Assembly: GCA_049724395.1 (NCBI GenBank)
Contig: JAUGWO010000031.1
Location: 62,001-99,389, forward strand
Reading direction: 5' to 3'
Origin: Spongospora subterranea f. sp. subterranea
Taxonomy: Eukaryota
Length of the DNA: 37,389 nucleotides
The position numbers and the translations under genes were made by a program. Within the stretch, counting starts at the first letter, position 1, and every line of letters starts with the position of its first letter. Positions 26,401 to 37,389 of the stretch are shown here, one piece after another. The notes under the pieces were generated by a model. It made no database searches. It was not told where the DNA came from and was given only the letters and a program-made list of their open reading frames with translations.

Positions 26401-29400
26401 CCTCTCCCCATTAATCTGGGGAGAGGATAATTGGGAGAGGATAATGGGGGAGAGGATCTCCCCAATTATTGGGGAGAGGATAATTGGGGAGAGGATTATT
26501 CCTCTCCCCAGAGGTTAATTCCTAATTCCCCAAGATCCTCTCCCCAAGAGGATCTCCTCTGGGGAGAGGATCTCCTCTGGGGAGAGGATAATTGGGGAGA
26601 GGTTAATTCCTCTGGGGAGATTATCCTCTCCCCAATTCTCCTCTAATTATCCTCTCCCCAATTAATTGGGGGAGAGGATAATTGGGGAGAGGATAATTGG
26701 GAGAGGATTATTGGGGAGAGGTTAATTGGGGAGAGGTTAATTGGGGAGATTATCCTGGGGAGAGGATTATTCCTCTCCCCAATTATCCTCTCCCCAATTA
26801 TCCTCTCCCAATTATCATCTCCCCAATTATAATCTCCCCAATTATCCTCTCCCCAAGGATCCTCTCCCCAATTAATCTCCCCAATTTCCTCTGGGGGAAG
26901 GTTCCTCTCCCCAATTATTATTGGGGAGATTATCCTCTCCCAATTATCCTCTCCCCCAATTATCCTCTCCCCAATTATCCTCTCCCCAATTATCCTCTCC
27001 CCAATTATCCTCTCCCCAATTATCCTCTCCCCAATTATCCTCTCCCCGATTATCCTCTCCCCAATTATCCTCTCCCCAATTATCCTCTCCCAATTATCCT
27101 CTCCCCAATTATCCTCTCCCCAATTATCCTCTCCCCAATTATCCTCTCCCCATTATCCTCTCCCCAATTATCCTCTCCCCAATTATCCTCTCCCCATTAT
27201 CCTCTCCCCAATTATCCTCTCCCCAATTATCCTCTCCCCAATTATCCTCTCCCCAATTATCCTCTCCCGCCATTATCCTCTCCCCAATTATCCTCTCCCC
27301 CATTATCCTCTCCCCATTATCCTCTCCCCATTATCCTCTCCCCAATTATCCTCTCCCCAATTATCCTCTCCCCAATTATCCTCTCCCCAATTATCCTCTC
27401 CCCAATTATCCTCTCCCCAATTATCCTCTCCCCAATTATCCTCTCCCCAATTATCCCCATTATCCTCTCCCCAATTATCCTCTCCCCAATTATCCTCTCC
27501 CCAATTATCCTCTCCCCAATTATCCTCTCCCCAATTATCCTCTCCCCAATTATCCTCTCCCCAATTATCCTCTCCCCAATTATCCTCTCCCCAATTATCC
27601 TCTCCCCAATTATCCTCTCCCCAATTATCCTCTCTCCCCAATTATCCTCTCCCCAATTATCCTCTCCCCAATTATCCTCTCCCCATTATCCTCTCCCCAA
27701 TTATCCTCTCCCAATTATCCTCTCCCCAATTCTCCTCTCCCAATATATATCCTCTCCCCATTATCCTCTCCCCCATTATCCTCTCCCCATTATCCTCTCA
27801 ATCCTCTCCAGAAGAAAATGATAAACCATCGATGAACTGATCGCAGCAATTTAAACTCTCCCCATCCTCTCCTTAATTATCCTCTTTCCGCCATTATCCT
27901 CTCCCTCATTATCCTCTCCGCCATTATCCTCTCCCCCATTATGGGAACGATTACAATTATCCTCTCCCCAATTAAGTCTCCCCTGCTTTTCCCAATTACC
28001 TCTCCCCATTAGATTATCCTCTCCGATAAAATTATCCCTCCCCAATTATCCTCTCCCCAGGAACCAAATGAAATCACCTCTTCCCCAATCCGCCATGCCC
28101 ATAGTCCTATACTTGTACAGCTCCCCAATTAGTGTGACGAGACCTCTCCCAATTAAATGTGCCTCTCCCCACTTATTTTGGAATTACCTCTCCCCAATAT
28201 CCTCTCCCCTTATTTTGGAATCCCCAATTATCCTCTCCCCAATTATCCTCTCCCCAGATTATCCTCTCCCCAATTATCCTCTCCAGAATTACCTCTCCCC
28301 AATTATCCTCTCCCCAATTACCTCTCCCCAATGCCTCTCCCCAATTATCCTCTCCCCAATTATCCTTTCCCCAAATCCTCTCCCCAATTATCCTCTCCCC
28401 AATTATCCTCTCCTTTCAATTATCCTCTCCCCAATTATCCTCTCCCAAAAATTAACCTCTGGACCATTATCCTCTATTACTATCTAACTCTCCCCAATTA
28501 TCCTCTCCCCAAATCCACTCCTGAATTATCCTCTCCCCAAGCTCCTCTCCCCAATTATCCTCTGGAATTAAGAGGATTGGCCATGGTATCCTGAAAGCAA
28601 TAGAACATGCTATCATCCTCTCCCCAAGATTATCCTCTCCCCCATTATCCTCTCCCCAATTCTCTCCCCATTATTAATCCTCTCCCCAATTAATCCTCTC
28701 CCCAATTATCCTCTCCCCAATTAACCTGGGTAAATGTCTGACAACAGAACTCCAGAACCATTAGAGATTATCCTCTCCCCATTATCCTCTCGGCTATTAT
28801 CCTCTCCCTGAATTATCCTCTCCCCAATTATCCTCTTGCCAATTATCCCTCTCCCTCGGCAAAGACCAAATTATCCTCTCCCAATTATCGTCATTATCCT
28901 CTCCCCATTATCCTTCCCCATTATCCTCTCCCCAATTATCCTCTCCCCAATTATCCTCTCCCCAATTATCCTCTCCCCAATTATCCTCTCCCCAATTATC
29001 CTCTCCTTAGTTGATAAGTCCGGAAAGTTCATGGAGATTATCCTCTCCCCCATTATCCTCTTGAAATCCTAAATCCTCTCCCCCATTAAAATCATTATCC
29101 TTTGACAATACTACATTTGAAGCAGAGTTTATTGTGAACGTGAAAGTGGATTTGAAATCTCAATCGCTCGTAGCATTTGTAAAATGGTCTGGGATTTTCA
29201 GAGACCCAATTTCCTCTCCCCATTAGATCCTCTCGCCCAATTAAGGACATTGTTCCCAATTATCCTCTCCCCAAAAACTCCTCTCCCCAAGAAGTCCTCT
29301 CCCCAATTTTCCTCTGGAGAAATTGATGGACAAATCAATTGATATAATCTCCCCAATTATCCTCTCACCCAGATAACAATCCTCAATGCCATTATCCTCT

Positions 29401-31040
29401 GTATTACCCTCTCCGCCATTATCCTCTCCGCCATTATCCTCTCAATGCCATTATCCTCTCCCCAATTATCCTCTCCCCAATTATCCTCTCCGCCATTATC
29501 CAATGGAGTATTCTGTATAGTATCCTCTCCGCCATTATCCTCTCCGCCATTATCATCTCAAAATGACAACTCATCGAATGGAAAACCTTTCCAGAACCTC
29601 ATCCTGAATAACAATTCTCCAGTACGGGACACCTCTAATCCTCTCCCCAATGTTTGTATGGGGCTCGCGGAGTTTTGTAATGGCCAAAGACACATCAATG
29701 CAGAATCCCCAAAGCAGCTCTATTTTCGGGTAAATCCTCGTCGAGAAGCAAATAGAAATATCCTCTAGATCCTTTTTATTGAGCTATTATTGACTGAGTT
29801 ATCCTAAGGTCCGAATACTAAGTGGTAGAAGACCTTTTTGAAACTTGGCAGGGGAAAAACAATAATTACTTCAAAAGTGCGCGCAACCCGGTTCGCAATA
29901 TTTGTAGCGTCTGTCACGCAAAATAATATTTGCGGCCCATTTTTTGTGAACCGCGTCAGTCGTCCGGGGCAAGTTGCCGTCGACCCAATCACTTGATTAT
30001 TCCAATTATCCTTGTGTTGTATTAACACAAATATGCCACAATCATCGAACAAAAACGACACCTCAAACGATGCTCTCCCCATTATCCTCTCCCCGATTAT
30101 CTCTCCCCAATTATCCTCTCCCCATTATCCTCTCCCCAATTATCCTCTCCCCAATTATCCTCTCCCAATTATCCTCTCCCCAATTATCCTCTCCCAATTA
30201 TCCTCTCCCCAATTATCCTCTCCCCAATTATCCTCTCCCCAATTATCCCATTATGACCCCATTATCCTCTCCCCAATTAGATCTCCCCAATTATCCTCTC
30301 CCCAATTATCCTCTCCCCAATTATCCTCTCCGCCATTACCCTCTCCGCCATTATCCTCTCCCCAATTATCCTCTCCGGATTATCCTCTCCCCAATTATCC
30401 TCTCCCCAATTATCCTCTCCCCAATTATCCCTCCCAATGGAATTATCCTCTCCCAATTATCCTCTCCCCAATTATCCTCTCCCAATTACCTCTCCCCAAT
30501 TATCCTCTCCCCAATTCTCCTCTCCCCAATTATCCTCTCCCCAATTATCCTCTCCCCGATTATCCTCTCCGCCATTATCCTCTCCCCATTATCCTCTCCC
30601 CAATTATCCTCCCGAAATTATCATCTCCGCCATTTACCCTCTCCGCGCATTATCCTCTCCGCAATTATGTGTCTGTCACCATTATCCTCTCCCCAATTAT
30701 CCTAAATACATTATCCTCTCCGCCATTATCCTCTCCCAATTATCCTCTCCGCCATTATCCTCTCCGCCATTATCCTCTGCCCCAATTATCCTCTCCCCAA
30801 TTATCATCCTTAAATTATCCTCTCCCCAATTATCCTCTCCCCAATTATCCTCTCCCCAAATCCTCACCCCAATTATCCTCTCCCCCATTATCCTCTCCCC
30901 AATTATCCTCTGAATTCTCCAACTTTGCCCGATTACTCTCCCCAATTATCCTCTCCCAATTATCCTCTTCCCCCATTATCCTCTCCACAATTCTCCTCTC
31001 CCAATTATCCTGGTCCCCAATTCTCCTCTCCCCAATATAT
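23465..31040. repeat. 15-bp minisatellite GGGGAGAGG(AT/TT/AG)AATT with strand-polarity switch
   Basis: G-rich on + at 23465-~25260, mixed orientation at ~25260-26920, C-rich (AATTATCCTCTCCCC) at 26920-31040, interrupted by non-repeat sequence at ~29650-30070. Confidence 0.97.
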
Positions 31041-31520
31041 CCCAGAATCAACGTGATGGATTTAGGTTTCTTTCGAGCGATTCAAGCAGAACCAGAAGAA
31101 AATGATAAACAACATTCGATGAACTGATCGCAGCAATTTAAACATCATTTGCTGCATTGATGCCAGCTCGGACCTTAAACTGCGTCTTTCTCACATTACA
31201 GACCTGTATGCTCGAGACACTAAAACGAGAAGGTGGGAACGATTACAACATTCCTCATATGGCAAAGAAGTCACTGCTTTTACAGGACCAGCTTCCAGTT
31301 CAGATTAGCTGCGATAAAAGTTTGATCGACCTCGCGTTATCCTGCTTAGGAACCAAATGAAATCACCATGTTCCGTTATCCGCCATGCCCATAGTCCTAT
31401 ACTTGTACAGCTATCGACAAAAGTGTGACGAGACCGATTCACAATTAAATGTGCAATTGCGACACTTATTTTGGAAAGACATAAAACCCATATCCGACAC
31501 TTATTTTGGAATGGAGGGAG
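31041..31520 (+). mobile_element. 3' part of a DD39D (plant/oomycete-type, Stowaway-related) mariner transposon
   Basis: Translation NVMDLGFFRAIQA..DELIAA..LNCVFLTLQTCMLETLKREGGNDYNIPHMAKK..LPVQISC. The 3' TIR ...TATTTTGGAATGGAGGGAG is followed by TA at 31521-31522. CGACACTTATTTTGGA occurs twice subterminally. Confidence 0.9.
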
Positions 31521-32610
31521 TATTACTTATTGATGACTGGCTAACAAACAGAGTATTTGAGGTGAATTACAGAATCACCAATTCTGATACGGAGACGACT
31601 GTTGATGCGTTGATGGAATAGCGATCAAAGTTTGGAACATCAGAGGTGTATGTTTCAGATCAAGCTTCTTACTTTCTATCAGAATTAATGAGGAGCTTTG
31701 CCAAGAAAGGGGGTGTGGAACAACATTGGACCACAGCGTATATTCACTATCTAACGGGACAGTTGAGGTTGTGAATAAGACACTACTGAAGTCTTTATTT
31801 CAAGCTCTGATTTCAGAGTTGAGGTGGAATTAAGAGGATTGGCCATGGTTGTTGAAAGCAATAGAACATGCTATCAACCATCGACCAAAGAAGAGACTGG
31901 GGTGGAAAGCACCAGTAACGGTTCATACTGGATTAAAGAGTGATAATCCGCTGGAACTTATCTTCAAAAAGCCTGGAGAGAACCTGGGTAAATGTCAGAT
32001 GACAACAGAACAAATTGTCAGCAGAACTGAGACATTAGAGAGTGCTATGGAACAGCTGCACAAAGAAGTTGCGGCTATTACGAGTTCTGAACGGACCCAG
32101 AATCGTAAGTTGCCAAAGACAAGGAAACCTCGGCAAAGACCAAATTTTGGTGTCGGAGATTTCGTCTTATGTAGCCCTGATGTTGAGAAGTCTGGACAGA
32201 AGCTCTTTCAGAGATGGAGAGGGCCATATCAGATTGTTGAGAATAACAATGGATATGTGTTTACTGTCATGAACTTAGTTGATAAGTCAATGCGGAAAGT
32301 TCATGGAGATAGAATCCGTTTTTTGAAAATAAATGCTACTGAGGAGATTGAAAATCAGTTTGCATTTGACAATACTACATTTGAAGCAGAGTTTATTGTG
32401 AACGTGAAAGTGGATTTGAAATCTCAATCGCTCGTAGCATTTGTAAAATGGTTGGGATTTCAGAGACCGAAGATTCCAGGAAGCCATTAGAGCAAGTCGC
32501 TCAGATTGCAAGGACATTGTTCCAAGAATTCTTGATTGCAAACAAAACTCATTCACTGAGAAGTCAGATTGAGGTTTTGTTGGAGAAATTGATGGACAAA
32601 TCAATTGATA
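31521..32610 (+). mobile_element. Degenerate Ty3/gypsy (chromovirus-like) integrase plus chromodomain
   Basis: Motifs LLIDD..., VYVSDQASYF, SNGTVEVVNKTLL (rve D-D-E core), IEHAINHRP..LG.KAP, GPY/F motif KLFQRWRGPYQI..KVHGDRIR and chromodomain-like FVKWLG/ISETEDS..PL. Contains in-frame stops and frameshifts. Confidence 0.88.
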
Positions 32611-32778
32611 TAATAACACCTGACCGACCTCTCACCCAGATAACAATATCAATGGAGTATTCTGTATAATACACCTGACCGACATCTCACTCAGATAACA
32701 ATATCAATGGAGTAATCTGTATAATACACCTGACCGACATCTCACTCAGATAACAATATCAATGGAGTATTCTGTATA
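32611..32778. repeat. 55-bp tandem repeat, 3 copies
   Basis: ACACCTGACCGACATCTCACTCAGATAACAATATCAATGGAGTA(T/A)TCTGTATAAT at 32616, 32671 and 32726, directly after the chromodomain. Confidence 0.93.
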
Positions 32779-33718
32779 GTAACCCTCTAAAACGACGCCA
32801 TCCATCAAATTTTTATGACAACTCATCGAATGGAAAACCTTTCCAGAACCTCATAATACTGAATAACAATGGTACTCAGATGGATCCAAACGGGGACACA
32901 CTCAACGACCCTTGGTATTTGCCCAGACCGCATCGATGGCGCATGATCCGCAAAGAAGACCTTCATTCAGAGGCTGTAGCACATCTAAATATCGAAGAGG
33001 GGACGGCTCACCTCCACGATATCATAGGATCGAACTGCTTCTGAGACTGATCGACACCTACGTGGCAGCGGTTACGACACGTACTGCCCTAATGTTCATA
33101 TTGCTATACGAACAGCAACAGCTCAGGTATTAGTGAAGAAAAATGGTTTGAGACAAAGAGTGCTAAACCTACCAGGTAAATTGAGACATTCGAGATCTAA
33201 CGACAGAAACATGTCATACGATTGCCCTTTATTGTAGGTGTCGATCGATGGCAGGTGCAGCTGCGACCGCTATTATATTGTCGAGATGTGACCGTCCCTT
33301 CCTTTCTTTGGAACTTAGACGCGCTCAGACGATGATGGAGCACATCTTGACCTTCCCGGACCATTGTTAAAATGAAGACAAAAGAGGTTAAAGCCTGGGC
33401 AAAGGAGCCGAATACGCTGGACGATGCTATGGCCGATGATCGATGAAATGACTTTGGCTTGTGTATGCATAGTGTGATTTGATGGGCCAACACGACACAG
33501 GTCCCCATTGATCGAACCGGTATGGGCCGTACACGTTACTGTACACAGTTGACCTGACATCATTGCAGTTCCCCCCATCTGGCGTAACAAATTTGTGCGT
33601 CAATCGATCGCAGTTGTTGCGGAAGGTGATTCGCCATCCCGCTGAACGCCCGGCCAAGGCGAATCCTCTCTGGGAAGGCCGACGTATTCCGGCTGGAGCC
33701 GCAGTCTGACCTGCCAAG

Positions 33719-34147
33719 ATGGCGTTCATGCTGCCCCATCTTACGTCCGGCTGGGCAGTTGATCAGGCGATACTGTCCGAAGAGGAGCGGGTGGTCGTTA
33801 TCCGATTCGGTCATGATGACGACCGTACATGCATGCTCATGGACGAAACCTTGTTCGGAATCGCTGAGAAAGTAAAAAACTTCGCTGTAATTTACGTGGT
33901 TGATATCACATTGGTGCCGGATTTCAACACAATGTACGAGCTGTTCGATCAGTGCACGGTCATGTTTTTCTATCGAAACAAGCACATCATGGTCGACCTG
34001 TCAACTGGTAATAACAACAAGATCAATTGGGCCATGACCAACAAACAGGAATTGATCGATATTATCGAAACTGTATTTAAAGGCGCCAGAAAAGGACGCG
34101 GTCTTGTCATCAGCCCTAAAGACTACTCCACAAAATACAAATATTAA
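33719..34147 (+). CDS. TXNL4A: U5 snRNP thioredoxin-like protein Dim1/Dib1
   Basis: Intact 142-aa ORF: MLPHL.SGWAVDQAILSEEERVVVIRFG...VPDFNTMYEL...FFYRNKHIMVDL.TGNNNKINW...GARKGRGLVISPKDYSTKYKY. Confidence 0.98.
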   Translation: MAFMLPHLTSGWAVDQAILSEEERVVVIRFGHDDDRTCMLMDETLFGIAEKVKNFAVIYVVDITLVPDFNTMYELFDQCTVMFFYRNKHIMVDLSTGNNNKINWAMTNKQELIDIIETVFKGARKGRGLVISPKDYSTKYKY

Positions 34148-35138
34148 ACTGTCCCCGTTCTCAATCTATTCCTTCACCGTTCTCGTTCACAAGATGGGCA
34201 CGTGTCGTTGACTTAAGCCAACCCTCGTTAGGATATATCTGCTCAGGGCCTTTGTCCTTCTGGTTCCCGATTATCAATTTTCGCTAAAGTCAACGTCCTC
34301 AATCTAAATTGTTTATGGGCTATCTGTACTGGGTTCGAACTTCCGAATATCGAACGAGCAGGTACTTTTCCAATAAATACATCAACAAATCACGACATTA
34401 TGGGGAGTCACAATACCGCAATTTTGGTCATAATTCGAGCGAGTTTTACATTTGTTTTTTGCGAGAGGTCGCTATGTAGCATTCCTTCTACGCATGGCGA
34501 AAATGTCGCCAAAGTTCCTAAACAAAGTGGCCATGCGATTCGGTTTTCGTCTTACGCAGCACCAGTCGATCATGTGAATGCACATCAGAAGATATTGAAT
34601 CGAATTGTGGCTGTGGCCCTGTCACAAACAGACAATGGGGACTGTGTTAGCACTTCTTCTGTTGGTGACACTATTGTACTTCCATTGTTTGCATCATTAC
34701 AGGAATTATTACATATATGGTCGATATTGTGTTTGATGGTGTTGTTGTTTTGTAGTGTTTTGATGACAATCGTCGGTCTGAGCGATAATTTTCTTTTTGC
34801 CTTCGGTTCTGTCAACCACATTGGCAGCAATAGATCCACATGTTATGGATTATCCAGATCGACACTGTTCTATCTTGAGCGGTGCGCAAAATCGATTCAT
34901 CCACAGGGCACCGACTCTCGTACCGGTTTTGATGTTATTGGAACTCGTGTCCATTTAACAGTTTCAGGGTGAATCAGCAGGGAATCATTCGCAATGGCGC
35001 TAATTGACCCCTGCCATGTGATCTCGTAACCATGATAGGTAAATAAAGGTATTGGAGTATTAGAATGCAATGACCATGCCTTGGAATTTGTCGCCAAAGG
35101 TTGGCGAATTTCCACAGATTTGACGATACGGGATCATT

Positions 35139-37073
35139 TGTCTGTCAGGATGTCCGGTTAGCCTTGAATATGTAGTACAGATAATCAACACAAATCGACA
35201 GGGGCCGGAGGTTCTTGTCATATCATGAACTTACAGGAATCTTCACTAACATTCAGTTGTGGAGAATAAATGGATAACCCCATTTGATCTATATGAGCGA
35301 GTTCCTCGAAACTGTTTGACAAAGGGCGTGCTCCCAAGGTTTTCCCGGTTTATGACTTTTAGGGGGAAACTTTGCTGAATGGAGACTCGTTTTCCGTGAG
35401 TCGAAATTTTTTCTATCGTTAACGAAACCACAAGCACCATTTGGCAGACTTCTTGTGGCAGATATCAAAGGTATTTGGAAATACAATGAAAGTGACAAAG
35501 ATTGCCGGCGAAGTGTATTCGCATCGATTGGCGGAATCGATCGCCAAGTCAGAAAAAGTATTTTCAACTGGTAAAGCAGCGACGTGTCCTGAAAGTGATA
35601 ACGTGATGAATTGAACAAAGACAACAAAATGATGCGCATACATAACAATATCGATGGGAGATTGATGTGCATTGTTCAGGTCATAAATAACATGAGCATG
35701 GCTCTTTGCGATCGCATCAGCAACTTTTCTGTAAACAATTGATCACACAAGATCGATTGGAGCATGATATAGTCGCAATTCCTGTCCTCAGCAAGAGCAG
35801 CGCTATGTAATGCGTTGTTGCCATTCTGGGCTCTGATAGCAGGTTCGGCGCCACATTCCAAAAGAACAATGGCGACTTTATCGCTGAGGTTATCACATAG
35901 TTTTTGGGAAGGTGTGGAAAGGGCGGTGGTTGAATATTACGACGATGAACTTATGGCAAGGTGAAGAAGCGTGCGATAATCTGTTGCATATTGACAATTG
36001 ATATCAATTTTCAGATCCCTCAGTAGCTTGACCAGCTGGTTAGATCTAAAGTAGTTTCAACAATTAATTGATAAGAAATGCTGTAAATTGACACCAGTTC
36101 GGTACCTGTTATTCACGAATTGCTTCGATGATACTGTCAGGAGGACCACTTGGTCGGAAAAGGTTTTTACAGAAATCCTCGAGAGGACCACCGTATAACT
36201 TGAAATGATCAGAACTACAATCAATCTAAGGGAAGTGGAAAGGTTCTACAAAGCATGATAAGTTTTCTTACGAATCCGACATAAGTAGTGATATGAACAG
36301 AGTGTCGGTGGGTGTTAACCCAGAGTTGTTAGGAATATCAACAAGGGTGGGGTATTGAGAGAATATTGCATCAACAACATCAATCCTGTGCACTTTTAAT
36401 CAAAAGAGGGTGATTGGAGTATGACAGAGTCGCAATCCATTTCGTTGGCGACTGCATTAAAACCTGCGGTGTTGCAATTCTGGTCTCTGATAAACGGATC
36501 AGCGCCACTCTCCAAAAGAACAATGGCGATTTCCTTTTTGAGTTGACCCGATAATAGTTGGCATTAGTGAGATATGAGATTAAAGGCGGGGTGGTGAATA
36601 TTACAATCTTAAACTTATCGCAAGCTGATTTAAGGCAAGATGATGTGTATCATATTCAAAATTGATGATTTCACTGTCGATATCCTTCAAAAGCCTTCGT
36701 AGCTCGTTATATCTGCAGTAGTTTCAACAATTGCCGATACGGTACAGTGGTTCGAATTAACATCTCGTCGGTACCTGTTACCGTTAACTGCATTTACGAT
36801 CTCTTTAGAAGGACGATTTGGTGTCAAGTTGGTTATGGGCACTTCGTTGAGCGGATCATCGATCAATGGGATGTCGTCAATATGGTCTATAATAGGTAGT
36901 CGGATTAGCGCCATCGTCCAGTAGTATAAATGAATCCCTCATACTAAAGGGCGTATCTTGGTATGGAATCAGTGAGGAACAGAATGAGATAGCGATGTCA
37001 GATTCCATTGCAAAACGAAGACGCATGATCTCTATACTCTCCTCTTTGGTCAACTGATTAACTGCCAGATCAG
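35139..37073 (-). pseudogene. Decayed ankyrin-repeat gene, copy B (inverted relative to 21454-23388)
   Basis: The reverse complement aligns collinearly with 21454-23388, with scattered substitutions and small indels. The ORF track shows the same peptides (TKEESIEIMRLRF, ECGAEPAIRAQNGNNALH, MHINLPSILLC). Confidence 0.8.
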
Positions 37074-37389
37074 TATTGCGCCCGGCAACTGTCGGGGACA
37101 CCGATCCCCGACAACCGCTAAACGACGGGTACGACGACGACGAAAAAAAACTAGACTGGTTTATCACACCGGAAAAAGCCCCATAAACATACAATAACAG
37201 CTGTTATACAGTGGGTCCTGTCCACCGTACCGAAAGTTTTGATCCGGTCTTGTGTAGCGTATTGGCAACCAAGACATAATCACCTAAGGAAAAATTCGGA
37301 ATAGGCGCCTTTCGCTTACGATTTAAACGATCTCGACGGTCCTGGCGATGAGCGATCACCTTTTTATGCATCTGGTCTAAACTGCAACG

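Noticed and set aside
23394..31127. Long ORFs of WGEDN, ERIIG, PIILS, PNYPL and PQLSS pentapeptides
   Set aside because: These are automatic translations of a 15-bp repeat, open in several frames on both strands, with frames switching at single-base indels.
32790..33700. Short ORFs or a retrotransposon 3' LTR between the gypsy remnant and DIM1
   Set aside because: There is no recognisable domain, no clear polypurine tract or TG..CA boundary, and no second LTR to compare.
33427..33985. Minus-strand ORFs overlapping DIM1, and similar antisense ORFs over SNW1, CMPK and the transposase
   Set aside because: They are shadow frames of genuine coding sequence on the opposite strand.
34400..35115. 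190-aa + strand ORF and broken minus-strand ORFs
   Set aside because: No recognisable motif. This may be the decayed continuation of ankyrin copy B, but I cannot support that.

Overview
Eukaryotic genomic DNA with short (~50-66 nt) GT-AG introns and tightly packed genes. This style plus ankyrin-gene remnants suggests a protist such as a plasmodiophorid, which is inference only. The window opens in a 108-bp tandem satellite (1-5223). A gene block follows: a spliced 2H-phosphoesterase-like gene, mitochondrial ribosomal protein L3, a CREST/alkaline-ceramidase-family gene, UMP-CMP kinase, a CobW/ZNG1 GTPase, SNW1/Prp45 and a type I membrane protein. The block is interrupted by a fold-back pogo/Tigger element (10662-12608) and followed by a long-TIR fold-back element (20015-21139). 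The right half is bounded by a 1.9-kb inverted duplication of a decayed ankyrin-repeat gene (21454-23388 / 35139-37073). Between the two copies lie a 7.5-kb 15-bp GGGGAGAGGWTAATT array that flips from G-rich to C-rich, a DD39D mariner inserted in a chromodomain Ty3/gypsy integrase, and an intronless DIM1. Parts of the array are interleaved with a collinear ghost of downstream sequence, most likely an assembly-consensus artefact. The most intriguing hypothesis is that the 15-mer is a telomeric or subtelomeric repeat and that two chromosome ends are joined head-to-head here.
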